Below, in pieces: positions 47,823-57,881 of a stretch of 63,987 nucleotides of DNA. Location: NCBI GenBank assembly GCA_964646465.1, contig CAZYEN010000015.1:1-63987 (forward strand), in the 5' to 3' direction. Position numbers and translations under genes: made by a program. The notes under the pieces were generated by a model that saw only the letters and a program-made list of their open reading frames with translations, did not search any database and was not told where the DNA came from. This stretch comes from an uncultured Candidatus Saccharibacteria bacterium (lineage in GTDB: Bacteria > Patescibacteriota > Minisyncoccia > SW-4-49-11). Positions within the stretch are counted from its first letter, which is position 1, and every line of letters starts with the position of its first letter.

Positions 47823-48206
47823 TTAACTAACAATATTATTTATATCCAAAACTAAAAGTAAATAATAGCCTAATAAACTTAAAGTTAAAGCACTAGAACC
47901 AAATATCCAGTAAACTATTATATCTTGAATTTCAGGTTTAGTAAACCTTTTTTTAATATACCAAATTGCAATTCCATTCATTACACTGAACACAATAGCA
48001 TAAATCAAATATTGCCAAACATTATTAGGAGAACCTATGACAGTCACTCCATCATAAAAAGTAGCTCTCAAATTAATCAAAGATCCTGTATATTTAGTCT
48101 GTATTCTCAATATAATTAATAAAATACCAATACAAAGAATGCTCATCAAGCCCAAATAAGCACTTGGTAGAATAAAATTTTCTTTCAATTTAATTAATTG
48201 TTTCAT
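47823..48206 (-). CDS. Hypothetical four-TM membrane protein
   Basis: 127 aa, hydrophobic, 2 nt downstream of the GT2 gene. Confidence 0.45.
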   Translation of the reverse strand: MKQLIKLKENFILPSAYLGLMSILCIGILLIILRIQTKYTGSLINLRATFYDGVTVIGSPNNVWQYLIYAIVFSVMNGIAIWYIKKRFTKPEIQDIIVYWIFGSSALTLSLLGYYLLLVLDINNIVS

Positions 48207-48496
48207 CTGATTCTAATTTGTAATCTATGTACTTGGAATTTCAAAGTATCAATCGCTTGATTTAAATTTTGAATAATATCAAATTCATATAGTTTTATTT
48301 TTTGAGCTTCATAGTTGGAATTAACCACTATTGCCAGAGAGCCATTTTGAATAGATACTGCCTCTGAGGCTTTTAAGTCTACAAAGGAAGTCTGTACCAA
48401 TTCATTATACAACATACAAACCTTAGTGCTTTCAACTTTATTATACATATCTGAACTAACCGGATATTTTTTTTGTAAAACTGTATTTATTCGCAT
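48203..48496 (-). CDS. DUF721 (DciA-like) protein
   Basis: 97 aa. The pattern ...VSIQNGSLAIVVNSNYEAQKIKLYEFDIIQNLN resembles DUF721. It overlaps xseA by 10 nt. Confidence 0.4.
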   Translation of the reverse strand: MRINTVLQKKYPVSSDMYNKVESTKVCMLYNELVQTSFVDLKASEAVSIQNGSLAIVVNSNYEAQKIKLYEFDIIQNLNQAIDTLKFQVHRLQIRIR

Positions 48497-50079
48497 ATTA
48501 TTTTTTTGGTGACTATGCTATTGGTTGTGCCATTATGAAATTGAGTTGTAAGCACATCTCCTTCCTTGAGCTGCTTACTGTCTTTTATAATTTTATCATA
48601 AATTTTAGTAATACTATATCCTTTTTGTAAAATGGCTTGAGGATCAAAAGCAGTCAATTGAGATTGCAATAAAGCCAACTTATTTTGAAATTGAGATAAA
48701 TTATTCAAGATTGAAGTTTCTAATTTATTTATATTATTCCCAACTTGATATTGATATTGTTGAATTTTACTTAATTTCTGAAAAGTCAAGTATTCTAATT
48801 TTTGAATACCAAGTCTCACTTGGTCTGAAATATGGCGAATATATCTCTCTAATGTATGTAAGTTTTGTTCTATAGTACTCTTTAAAGTTTGTACCTGATA
48901 CTGTATGGTATTTTGTAGAATTCGCTCCTTTTGAGTAACACTAGCCAATAACTCATCTCGATGTGGAGTTAATAACTCAGCCGCATTAGAAGGAGTAGAA
49001 GCTCTCATATCAGCCACAAAATCTATAATTGTAAAATCTCGCTCATGACCTATAGCCGAAATAATAGGTTTAGCAGAAGTATAAATCGCTCTAGCCACAC
49101 TCTCATCATTAAATGCATGCAGATCATCCATAGCTCCCCCACCTCTAGTCAGAACAATAACCTCCACCTCCGGATAAGTATTCAGATTGTTAATTGCAGT
49201 AATAATACTATCCACCGCTCGCTCACCTTGTACCTGAGCATGGTGAAAATATAACTCTAAACCCCCTATCCTAGCTCCTAAAACTTTCATAAAATCTTTA
49301 TAAGCTGCTGCATCCTGAGAAGTAATTACCCCAATCTTTTGAGGCATATCAGGAATAACTCTCTTACGATTGTCACTAAATAAACCTTCTGACTCTAATT
49401 TTTGTCTTAGAAGTTCAAAAGCTTTAGCAAGCTCACCTTCTCCGGACACAGCCATAGTATCCACCATCACACTAAAAATACCAGATTTAGGAGATAGCCT
49501 AGATTTACCAGACACAATAACTCTCATACCATCAACTGGAGAAATTCTAGATTTTCTCAAATTAGCAACTGTAGTGAAACATCTAATCTTTGCTTCTTTT
49601 TGCTCGTCTTTTAAGTCGAAAAACACCCATTGATTATTCGCAAAGCTTGACATTTGAAAGGCTGACACCTCTCCCTCAATCTGTACAGTCTGTTCTCCAA
49701 TAATTGAGTTGATTTGTTGAATAAAAGCTGAAACACTCAAAACCTCAGATGCAATAGCTGGAGTTTTTATCTTAATATCAGCATATTTAGCTAAAGATTC
49801 AGGAATAATGTTTTTGTTTTTCTCTAAATACTCCCTACCTTCCGGGAAATGAGATAAAGTTCTAATAGCTTCTTTTTTCACCAATAAGGACGAATCCTGT
49901 AATAAGGGTATAATCAAATCCCCCACTCGAGCCCATTCAAAATTGATTAAAGCCCGCAGAGAAGCCTGTCGATACGAAGGTTTAGTATGAGCCAAGAAAA
50001 CCTGAATACTATACAAAGCCCGCTCCCCACGCTCTCTAATAATATCTTGAAAGTAAGTATCTAATTGCTTGCCTGTCAC
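48487..50079 (-). CDS. xseA: Exodeoxyribonuclease VII large subunit with an N-terminal HEAT-like extension
   Basis: OB-fold block IEGEVSAF...FFDLKD, catalytic core IGVITSQDAAAYKDF...VQGERA and a C-terminal helical stalk. About 110 extra N-terminal residues carry an LLQDSSLLVKKEAIRTL HEAT-like repeat. Confidence 0.8.
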   Translation of the reverse strand: MTGKQLDTYFQDIIRERGERALYSIQVFLAHTKPSYRQASLRALINFEWARVGDLIIPLLQDSSLLVKKEAIRTLSHFPEGREYLEKNKNIIPESLAKYADIKIKTPAIASEVLSVSAFIQQINSIIGEQTVQIEGEVSAFQMSSFANNQWVFFDLKDEQKEAKIRCFTTVANLRKSRISPVDGMRVIVSGKSRLSPKSGIFSVMVDTMAVSGEGELAKAFELLRQKLESEGLFSDNRKRVIPDMPQKIGVITSQDAAAYKDFMKVLGARIGGLELYFHHAQVQGERAVDSIITAINNLNTYPEVEVIVLTRGGGAMDDLHAFNDESVARAIYTSAKPIISAIGHERDFTIIDFVADMRASTPSNAAELLTPHRDELLASVTQKERILQNTIQYQVQTLKSTIEQNLHTLERYIRHISDQVRLGIQKLEYLTFQKLSKIQQYQYQVGNNINKLETSILNNLSQFQNKLALLQSQLTAFDPQAILQKGYSITKIYDKIIKDSKQLKEGDVLTTQFHNGTTNSIVTKKIICE

Positions 50080-50120
50080 AGAGTTTATAATTTATTAAAT
50101 TTATATATTTATTATATCAT

Positions 50121-50418
50121 AAAAAAGAAAGCGACTGTATAGTCGCTTCTTGTTTGATTGAATTTGATGAAATTCCCAAATTTGGGAGTTAAAAAATGGT
50201 GGTGGGGGTATTTAGTTGTTGGTCTGAGCTAGGTGCTCAGAGTGTGACATCGGACGATGGTCCGACTGGAATGGTCAGGCAATCATGTCTCCCTCTCATC
50301 CAAGGAAAGAAGGGTTTCGTTGAATTAGAAACTCTTTTGCCTTTCGACCCTTTCCTGGGATGGAATGAGGGATCGGTATGACGCTTGCCATGTGCCATGG
50401 ATGCCACAAAGTAGAGGC
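50121..50418 (-). ncRNA. Candidate structured RNA of unknown class
   Basis: Reverse-strand promoter TTGACA (50448-50453), a 17-nt spacer, TAGATT (50425-50430). Terminator GAAAGCGACT-GTAT-AGTCGCTTC (50127-50149) plus a U-run. A long irregular helix forms between UCCCUCAUUCCAUCCCAGGAAAGGGU and ACCCUUCUUUCCUUGGAUGAGAGGGA. I counted 35 G+C in 50221-50280. Confidence 0.4.
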
Positions 50419-50492
50419 AAATTTAATCTATACCTTTTCAATAATTTTGTCAAGCTTTATTAACTTTTGTTAAAAATTAATAAAAGTTATAT

Positions 50493-51677
50493 CTATTTTA
50501 TAATATCTTCTAGTTTTAATTTATCCACTATCCATTTCCTAACAGTAGACATATAAGCCGAGTCTCTAATAACAACTCCACCTATAATTTCTCTATTAGA
50601 ATTAGTATTGACTTGCACATATCGCTCTCCTTGTTCTATTACTACTGACTGCATCGTCTCAGAATTAAGTCTACATTGTCCTACAAAAGCAATAGCTAAG
50701 CTAGTCTTGGGGCAATAAGCTGGAATCAGACTAAACTCTTTCATAGCCTCAGGATACACCATATTATATCCCGCTATCATACCTTGTAATGAAGCCTGTG
50801 CCCAAGTTCCAGAACCAGAATATTGTTCTTGTAAGATATCATAGTATTCCACAATATCACCAGCCCCAAAAACATTTTCATCCTCACTTTGTAAATACTG
50901 ATTAACCTTCAACCCACGATTACAGAGCTCCGCGGGCAAAAAGTCTTTATTTAATTCCAAACCAATACCTACACACATAGCCTCAGTTGGAATAATCTCA
51001 CCGGAAGTTAGCTCAACCTCAGCAATCTGCCCCATATTATTGCCTCGAATCTCTGCGATCTCACTAACATAATAAATTTTGGCTCTTTTGGATAAATATT
51101 CATTCAAGATATTACCCCCAATCTGATCAATCATACCCTGCCAATACCATTTATCACGAAGAATTAGAGTAACCTGCTTACCAAGATTAGATAATAACTC
51201 TACAAATTCAATACCAATAAAGCCTCCCCCAACAATAGTAATGTTCTCCTTGTCTTGAATATAATCCCTCACTCCAATCGCATTATCCAAAGTCTGAAAA
51301 GCAAAAACTCCCTTCAAATCCGCTCCTGCTTGCGATAACCGTCTAGCTCTACCACCTGTTGCGATTAAAACTTTGTCATAAGTAAGTATTTCTCCATTAT
51401 CTAGAGTAATGCTTTTTTCTTTAGCATCCAAACTTTGCACCTTAGCAATCATTCTCTCAATATTTTGTGCCTGAAACTGCTCCTCAGTTTTTAATAACAA
51501 CTGCTCCGGAGACTTAATATCAGCCGCCACCTTGCCAATGTTAACCCGAGAATACACAGGATAATTTTCCTCCCCAATCAAGACAATACTAGTATCGGGA
51601 GATTCTTTACGAATAGTCATTGCCCCATTAGTACCCGCAATACCCGCTCCAATAATAATATAATTATAATGCTTCAT
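50493..51677 (-). CDS. FAD-dependent pyridine nucleotide-disulfide oxidoreductase family protein
   Basis: IIIGAGIAGT FAD motif, a second Rossmann motif IVGGGFIGIEF, and a GAGD motif. Confidence 0.75.
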   Translation of the reverse strand: MKHYNYIIIGAGIAGTNGAMTIRKESPDTSIVLIGEENYPVYSRVNIGKVAADIKSPEQLLLKTEEQFQAQNIERMIAKVQSLDAKEKSITLDNGEILTYDKVLIATGGRARRLSQAGADLKGVFAFQTLDNAIGVRDYIQDKENITIVGGGFIGIEFVELLSNLGKQVTLILRDKWYWQGMIDQIGGNILNEYLSKRAKIYYVSEIAEIRGNNMGQIAEVELTSGEIIPTEAMCVGIGLELNKDFLPAELCNRGLKVNQYLQSEDENVFGAGDIVEYYDILQEQYSGSGTWAQASLQGMIAGYNMVYPEAMKEFSLIPAYCPKTSLAIAFVGQCRLNSETMQSVVIEQGERYVQVNTNSNREIIGGVVIRDSAYMSTVRKWIVDKLKLEDIIK

Positions 51678-51774
51678 TACTCTATAAATTAATTTCTAAG
51701 ATATTTTTATTATAACATATTGATTGAGATTTAGAATTATGATAATATTTTAAAGTTGTTTTTTGGAGGAAAAA

Positions 51775-51957
51775 ATGGCAGAAGATAATCTTTTAGAGAC
51801 ACTATCTGGAAGGGCTACAAGAGGGAGAAAATCCACTTTATGTCCCAGTCCCACATACAATTTAAAAAGCCCCTTGCCGGACACCCTCCGGACAAGAAGC
51901 AATCCTTTCATGCAACAGCTCAAAACATTTGAGCAAGGTCGTTCCGATGAGGGATAA
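51775..51957 (+). CDS. Small basic protein (60 aa) or unclassified RNA
   Basis: GGAGGA lies 5 nt upstream of the ATG. Candidate promoter is TTGATT-17-TAATAT. Terminator AGACCGCCTCACCTTGAGGATGGTCT plus T6 ends at about 52005. The locus is GC-elevated and I recognise no motif. Confidence 0.35.
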   Translation: MAEDNLLETLSGRATRGRKSTLCPSPTYNLKSPLPDTLRTRSNPFMQQLKTFEQGRSDEG

Positions 51958-52042
51958 AAACATATAAGAAACCAGACCGCCTCACCTTGAGGATGGTCTT
52001 TTTTCTTTATACTAGTACCTTTAGCACCTAACATTAGCTCTT

Positions 52043-52071
52043 TGTAGGGGCGACCTTCCAGTCGCCTGTAC
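52043..52071 (+). repeat. GTAG-hairpin REP-like element
   Basis: In TGTAGGGGCGACCTTCCAGTCGCCTGTAC the hairpin is GGCGAC-CTTCCA-GTCGCC. A related copy lies at 22206-22232 on the reverse strand. A further hairpin CCCCTC-AAGA-GGGG lies at about 52141-52156. Confidence 0.6.
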
Positions 52072-52264
52072 TTAAGCTGAACTTGCTGAGGTACAATTCA
52101 TAGCTTAAAATTTATTATACCCCGTCAGGCTTAGACTGCCACCCCTCAAGAGGGGAATTTAATTTATCATTCACCACTCATCATTTATAATTGTTTATAA
52201 ACTCTACAAAAATACCCCATAAACTGCTATAATACTAGTGTTTATAGTAGATTTTTAATATTTT

Positions 52265-52699
52265 ATGGATAGCCAAACGGCTCTACTGATTAATCAATGG
52301 ATAGATATAATTCATAATCCCAATTATTGGATTATATTTTGGTTTATAGCTTTGTATATACTACTCGAGAATAATCTATTTCCTAAAAGGGATATTATTC
52401 CTAAATTTAGGAATGGAAAAACTATTATATATAGCAAATTTTTAATTTTATTTTTTACTCTTAGTATAAGTATTTCTCAAAGCTTATTTGGTGGTTGCCT
52501 TGTAACTTCTATTCAAAACTATCTTGCCAGAACTTATCTGGGACGAGAATATTGGTATCCTTTTGGTTTGGTGTTTAGAGAAAACTTCTTTCCTGAATAT
52601 TGGATATATTTAAGACTATTATATATTGTCCTCACAATATTATATGGGATCTGGATATATAAATATTATAAATTTATAATAAGAAATTGGAGCGAATAA
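52265..52699 (+). CDS. Hypothetical four-TM membrane protein (possibly DUF2784-like)
   Basis: 144 aa, hydrophobic. GGCLVTSIQNYLAR is reminiscent of the DUF2784 CPLT..E..LR block, but the evidence is weak. Confidence 0.4.
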   Translation: MDSQTALLINQWIDIIHNPNYWIIFWFIALYILLENNLFPKRDIIPKFRNGKTIIYSKFLILFFTLSISISQSLFGGCLVTSIQNYLARTYLGREYWYPFGLVFRENFFPEYWIYLRLLYIVLTILYGIWIYKYYKFIIRNWSE

Positions 52700-52824
52700 A
52701 CATACCCCATCACCTTATATAGCGCTGAGGATTTTGTGTTAAGATGAGTGGATAAAATAATTCTTTTCATTGCATTTTTGGCTCAAATAAAATATAATAT
52801 GTAGGTTATTTAACAAATTATACT

Positions 52825-53391
52825 ATGCTTTCAATTTCTGATATTAAAAAAGGTAAAATTATTGTAGTGGATGATAATCCATTTTTAGTTTTATTTAGTC
52901 AATTATCCAAAAAAGGCCGAGCTGGGTCAGTGCTAACCGTTAAGATGAAGAATCTAATTACTAATAATACTCAAGAGAGGAATTTTAAACAATCCGATAT
53001 GTTCCCTGAGGCAGATATTGCTGAGACTTATGCTGAGTATCTGTACAATGACGGGGAGCAATACCATTTTATGGATGAGCGAACTTTTGAGCAATATGCT
53101 TTTGACCTTGAGACTTTAGGTGAGAATACTGCTGGATATTTACAAGAAGGAGCTAAAGTCAAAATTGTCACTTATAATGGTGAGCCGATTACTATCAATT
53201 TACCGCCAAAAGTAGTCCTGGAAGTGACTGAGGCTGCCCCTACTATCAAAGGCAATACCGTCGATGCGGCGATGAAAACTGTAAAAGTTGAGACAGGACT
53301 TGAGGTTAAAGTCCCTATGTTCATCAATCAAGGTGATAAAATCCGTATCAATACCGAGACTGGTATTTATGAGGAAAAAGTCACTAATTAG
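52825..53391 (+). CDS. efp: Translation elongation factor P
   Basis: KOW-like N-domain (KKGRAGSVLTVKMKNL) and two OB domains. Length is 188 aa. Confidence 0.9.
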   Translation: MLSISDIKKGKIIVVDDNPFLVLFSQLSKKGRAGSVLTVKMKNLITNNTQERNFKQSDMFPEADIAETYAEYLYNDGEQYHFMDERTFEQYAFDLETLGENTAGYLQEGAKVKIVTYNGEPITINLPPKVVLEVTEAAPTIKGNTVDAAMKTVKVETGLEVKVPMFINQGDKIRINTETGIYEEKVTN

Positions 53392-53393
53392 CC

Positions 53394-55967
53394 CTAATAG
53401 TCTTTGATCGCTGCTTCTACCTTAATCGGGATGGTGGCTTTATAAACCGATTCCATAATTTCTAAAATTTTAGTTTTATATTGCTCAGCCTTGTCTGTTT
53501 TGACTTCGAAAACTAATTCATCGTGAACTTGTAAAATCATATAAATATCTTGTTTTTCTCCTAGATATTCATCGATTTTAATCATCGCTAATTTTATAAT
53601 ATCGGCTTGCAAGCCTTGAATTGGCATATTGACAGCTATTCTGTCCAAAAGAGCCTGGTTGCGAGGATTCCTAATATCTATATTAGACAAATCTCTAATT
53701 CGTCCATATTCTGTCTGAGCATAGCCATGCTTTCTTGCAAATTGTTTTAGCGATTCCATATATTGATGCAATTCTGGATAGGCTTGGCGATATTTATCCA
53801 AAAATTCCTGGGCTTCGGTTCTTTTGATTTTCAAATTTTGAGCTAAGCTAGTGGCTCCCATACCATATAAAATTCCAAAATTAATAGTCTTAGCAAAACT
53901 TCGCATTTCCTTAGTCACTTCTTCTGGTTTTACTGCATATACTCGCTGAGCGGTGGCTGTATGAAAGTCTATACCCTGTCTAAAAATCTCTAACATTGCC
54001 TGATCTTGAGACAGATGAGCTGCTAATCTTAACTCAATTTGAGAATAATCGCAAATCAATAATGTCCAATCCTCAGGAGCTACAAAACAATTTTTAATTT
54101 GCCGACCAAGTTCACTTCTAGCTGGAATATTTTGTAAATTGGGGTCGACTGAAGATAATCTACCTGTAGCTGCGATATTTTGCTGATAGGTCGTGTGTAT
54201 TCTACCTCTATCATCCATAAGAGTTGGTAAGCTATCTATGTAAGTTGACTTTAATTTAGCCACTTCACGATATTGTAAAATCAAATCTACAATTTCAAAT
54301 TCACCCCGCATAGCTTCTAGTGCTTGAGCTGAGGTAGAGACTTGCCCACTATTTGTTTTTTTAACTCCTTTTACTGAAAGTTGTAATTTATTGAATAAAA
54401 TATCTGCTAATTGCTTTGGAGAATTAAGATTGAATTCCTTCCCAGACAGAGCATAAATATCTCTCGTCAAGGTAGCAATTTTACCCTCTACAAAGTTTTT
54501 GGTGGATTGCAGCTTAGAAGTATCGAACAATACCCCCTTAGCCTCCATTTTAGCCAATACAGTTAATAATGGCCTCTCAATCGTATTATAGACATCCTCA
54601 ATATGTAGTGTTTTCATCTTATCTATAATCACCTGATATATCTGATGTAGACATAATTCTGGTTGAATAGAGTTATATTTTACTCCATAAGCACTACATA
54701 CAGACTCCAGAGATAATTGTCTCTCTCCTGGATTAATTAAATAAGCCATAAGAACTACATCTTGTAGTTTAGCCTTTACATTTACTGGGCATAAGCTGCG
54801 AATAAGAGTCTTAATATCGGAACAAATTAAAATTTGGTCTGTCTGTAATAAATTTCTTAGTTCTGATTCTGTGATATTAGCTTTATCTAAATTGACATCT
54901 ATTGCAATATATTCATCTTGTCTTGTATAAATTGCCAATAGTGAAGTAGTTAATTGATTGAGTTGATGATACTTATTATTCTCAACACCCTCAGTAAACA
55001 CAAGTTCTTGATTTGACTGCCCCCAGAAACTAGCTTGAGTTTTGTGATTATCAGATTTTTCGAGTTGAGTATTAAGCTCTTTGACTAAAGAATAGAATTC
55101 AAAGTGTTTAAAAATTTCCTTTGCCTTCTCCACTGGAAAAGTATATGCAATAGAATCATGGACTACTTCTCCAATCGGAGCATCCAGGATAATAGTAGCT
55201 AATTCGCGACTAAAGAAAGCCTGCTCTTTATTCTGCTTAAGATTTTCAAAAATAGATTTAGTCAAAGCCTCTCTATTTTCCTTTTTAATATCATCGAACT
55301 TCTCATACTTATCTACAAAAGTATAAATATTCTCTAGAGTTTCAAATCTTTTTAATAAATTCACTGCTCGCATATCCCCAATTCCAGGAACTCCAGGAAT
55401 ATTATCCGAAGGGTCCCCTTTCAAACCCTTGAAATCACGAACTTGATTTGGATGAATTTGGTATTTTGCAATCACTGCTTCAGTATCAAAAATCACCGTA
55501 TCATTGATGCTCTTTTTAAGGGTATAAACTGAAATTCTTGGTTTTACTAATTGCATTGTATCCATATCTCCGGTTACAATAACTAGTTCATTATTAGTCT
55601 TATCTGTTTGCTTAGCAATAGTTCCAATAATATCATCTGCCTCATAACCACTCAATTCTAAAACTGGGATATCGATAGCTTGTAATAACTCTTTAACCAA
55701 TGGGATTTGGTCGTACAAATCTTGGTCAGCGGCTACTCGATTCGCCTTATATGCCTCAAATTGATTATGGCGAAAAGTATCCCCCGCCACATCGAAAGCC
55801 GCCAAGACAATATCCGGCTTAATATCCTTGATCACCTTCAGTAATAATTTGGCATACCCATACACAGCATTTACCATCACCCCATCAGCAGTACTAAAAG
55901 GAGGCAAAGCATGATAAGCCCTGTGAATCACCGCATTACTATCTAGAATTACAATTTTTTTACTCAT
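53394..55967 (-). CDS. polA: DNA polymerase I
   Basis: 5'-3' exonuclease domain (LDSNAVIHRAYHA, GDPSDNIPGVPGIG) and polymerase motifs A (DYSQIELR), B (RSFAKTINFGILYG) and C (QVHDE). Confidence 0.95.
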   Translation of the reverse strand: MSKKIVILDSNAVIHRAYHALPPFSTADGVMVNAVYGYAKLLLKVIKDIKPDIVLAAFDVAGDTFRHNQFEAYKANRVAADQDLYDQIPLVKELLQAIDIPVLELSGYEADDIIGTIAKQTDKTNNELVIVTGDMDTMQLVKPRISVYTLKKSINDTVIFDTEAVIAKYQIHPNQVRDFKGLKGDPSDNIPGVPGIGDMRAVNLLKRFETLENIYTFVDKYEKFDDIKKENREALTKSIFENLKQNKEQAFFSRELATIILDAPIGEVVHDSIAYTFPVEKAKEIFKHFEFYSLVKELNTQLEKSDNHKTQASFWGQSNQELVFTEGVENNKYHQLNQLTTSLLAIYTRQDEYIAIDVNLDKANITESELRNLLQTDQILICSDIKTLIRSLCPVNVKAKLQDVVLMAYLINPGERQLSLESVCSAYGVKYNSIQPELCLHQIYQVIIDKMKTLHIEDVYNTIERPLLTVLAKMEAKGVLFDTSKLQSTKNFVEGKIATLTRDIYALSGKEFNLNSPKQLADILFNKLQLSVKGVKKTNSGQVSTSAQALEAMRGEFEIVDLILQYREVAKLKSTYIDSLPTLMDDRGRIHTTYQQNIAATGRLSSVDPNLQNIPARSELGRQIKNCFVAPEDWTLLICDYSQIELRLAAHLSQDQAMLEIFRQGIDFHTATAQRVYAVKPEEVTKEMRSFAKTINFGILYGMGATSLAQNLKIKRTEAQEFLDKYRQAYPELHQYMESLKQFARKHGYAQTEYGRIRDLSNIDIRNPRNQALLDRIAVNMPIQGLQADIIKLAMIKIDEYLGEKQDIYMILQVHDELVFEVKTDKAEQYKTKILEIMESVYKATIPIKVEAAIKDY

Positions 55968-56044
55968 ATACGTTATTATAGCATAAATTAGATTAATGTA
56001 GGAAATTTCTAAAAAGAAAAAAGAGCTTCTGAACGAAACTCTTG

Positions 56045-56422
56045 TTATTGTTTTGGTATAAGCAATACTCCCTCATAGTGGCGATAATAATTAAAACAAT
56101 ATGAAGGTATCCCCATTTGCTCCTCTACTATTTGATCAATGTATAACGAATTCGAATTGACTAAATAATATTTATTAGGACAAGGATGTTTCCCATCTAA
56201 ATTATTACTTTTATCATAAATAAATGGTATTTTATCTCCTATTATATTTCCTTTTATAATCAACTCTTCTATTTCAACTCTCCTACTGAATTTATAATCA
56301 GGATTATCTTCCACTGGAATACTTACTACCGCTAAAGCTGTTGCAAGCACAAAATAAATAAGTAGCCATTTTATGATTTGTAAAAATGTACCCAGTCCTA
56401 CAGGGACAGCTTTTTCCATCAA
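56045..56422 (-). CDS. Hypothetical membrane-anchored protein
   Basis: 125 aa with one N-terminal TM helix. Confidence 0.45.
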   Translation of the reverse strand: MMEKAVPVGLGTFLQIIKWLLIYFVLATALAVVSIPVEDNPDYKFSRRVEIEELIIKGNIIGDKIPFIYDKSNNLDGKHPCPNKYYLVNSNSLYIDQIVEEQMGIPSYCFNYYRHYEGVLLIPKQ

Positions 56423-56673
56423 AAATCTCCGAGAACATATTTAAAAAATATCATATTCCCCAAACTTTTTCAATGTTAATAACTATACAAACTCAATACC
56501 CAGTAGATTAAAATATATATCCCATATATCTCTTTTTAAGAGCTCATAGGAGGGACGAAATCCCTACAATTCATAATTTATAATTCATCATTCATAATTA
56601 CAGCCTGCCCCCAATCTTTGAAAATAAGCTAATTTTATGGTATAATTATATTTAGTAAAATAATAATAACTCT

Positions 56674-57207
56674 ATGGCTGGGCATAATAAATTCTCTAAA
56701 ATTAAGCATAAGAAGGCAGCTACAGACAAGCTCAAGGCTCAAAATTTTTCTAAAGTAGTAAAACTTATTCAAATTGCAGCAAGAAAAGGCTCCACTGACC
56801 TCGCTATGAATCCTGAGCTAAGATTGGCTTTAGAAAAGGCTAAAGAAGTCAATATGCCTAAAGATAATATTAATCGAATTTTAGAAAAGGCTTCCAATAC
56901 TAGTGGACAAGTGATTATGTATGAGGGTTTTGGTCTGGAAGGAGTTGGGATTTTAATCAAAACTTATACTGATAATCCTAATCGGACTGTGGCTGATTTA
57001 AGACATTTATTGTCTAAGAATGGAGGCGCCTTGGGAGCTAATGGTTCTGTAATTTGGATGTTTGAAGAAATTATTAGAGAGCAAGAGTATAAAGTTAATA
57101 TTCCTACTACAATATCAGATGAAGCTCAAGAAAAATTAGATAATTTAGTAGGAACTCTAGAAGAACTAGATGACGTAGAGGAAATTTGGACTACAGCTTC
57201 AGTTTAG
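56674..57207 (+). CDS. yebC: YebC/PmpR-family regulator (shortened, 177 aa)
   Basis: The N-terminus MAGHNKFSKIKHKKAATD and the block YEGFGLEGVGILI are typical. The C-terminal domain is shorter than the usual length of about 240 aa. Confidence 0.8.
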   Translation: MAGHNKFSKIKHKKAATDKLKAQNFSKVVKLIQIAARKGSTDLAMNPELRLALEKAKEVNMPKDNINRILEKASNTSGQVIMYEGFGLEGVGILIKTYTDNPNRTVADLRHLLSKNGGALGANGSVIWMFEEIIREQEYKVNIPTTISDEAQEKLDNLVGTLEELDDVEEIWTTASV

Positions 57208-57210
57208 AGT

Positions 57211-57717
57211 ATGTCTAACTCCGCACCATATCGCATATTGGGTATAGATCCAGGTACAGCTACTACTGGCTTTGGGATTATTGATACTAGTATATCTAAA
57301 GTTTCTCAAGTGGTAGACTATGGTGTTATTACTACAGAAGCTAATTTATCAGATTCTAAGAGACTATCAATTATAGATTCTGGTCTTAAACAGCTTATAG
57401 TAACGCATAGACCCAATATAATAGCGGTTGAAAAACTATTTTTCTTTCGCAATACCACTACTGTCATTACCGTAGCCCAAGCTCGTGGAGTTATACTTCT
57501 CAATGCTGAATTACATAATCTGCAATTATTCGAATTCACCCCGCTTCAAATCAAGCAAGCAATAACCGGTTATGGTAAAGCTCCCAAAGCTCAAATGCAA
57601 CAAATGGTAGCGACCATATTGGGTCTCAAATCTATCCCCAAACCTGATGATGCTGCTGATGGACTCGCTGTGGCTCTGTGCTGTCAATCTAGTCTTGGAT
57701 ATTTACTCAAAACTTAA
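57211..57717 (+). CDS. ruvC: Holliday junction resolvase RuvC
   Basis: ILGIDPGTATTGFGII, VEKLFF and DDAADGLAVAL catalytic acidic blocks. Confidence 0.9.
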   Translation: MSNSAPYRILGIDPGTATTGFGIIDTSISKVSQVVDYGVITTEANLSDSKRLSIIDSGLKQLIVTHRPNIIAVEKLFFFRNTTTVITVAQARGVILLNAELHNLQLFEFTPLQIKQAITGYGKAPKAQMQQMVATILGLKSIPKPDDAADGLAVALCCQSSLGYLLKT

Positions 57718-57881
57718 AGATTTTAATATCCCATTTTATGGGATACCAAAGTCATAGAAGTGGTATGAGAAAAAACATAAATAAAAATAATTTCTATAAG
57801 ATTTAGTAACAATCTATAATATTTATATATCTTTTGTTGATTTTTATTTGGAATATATATTTATTAACTAATAACTCTAAT

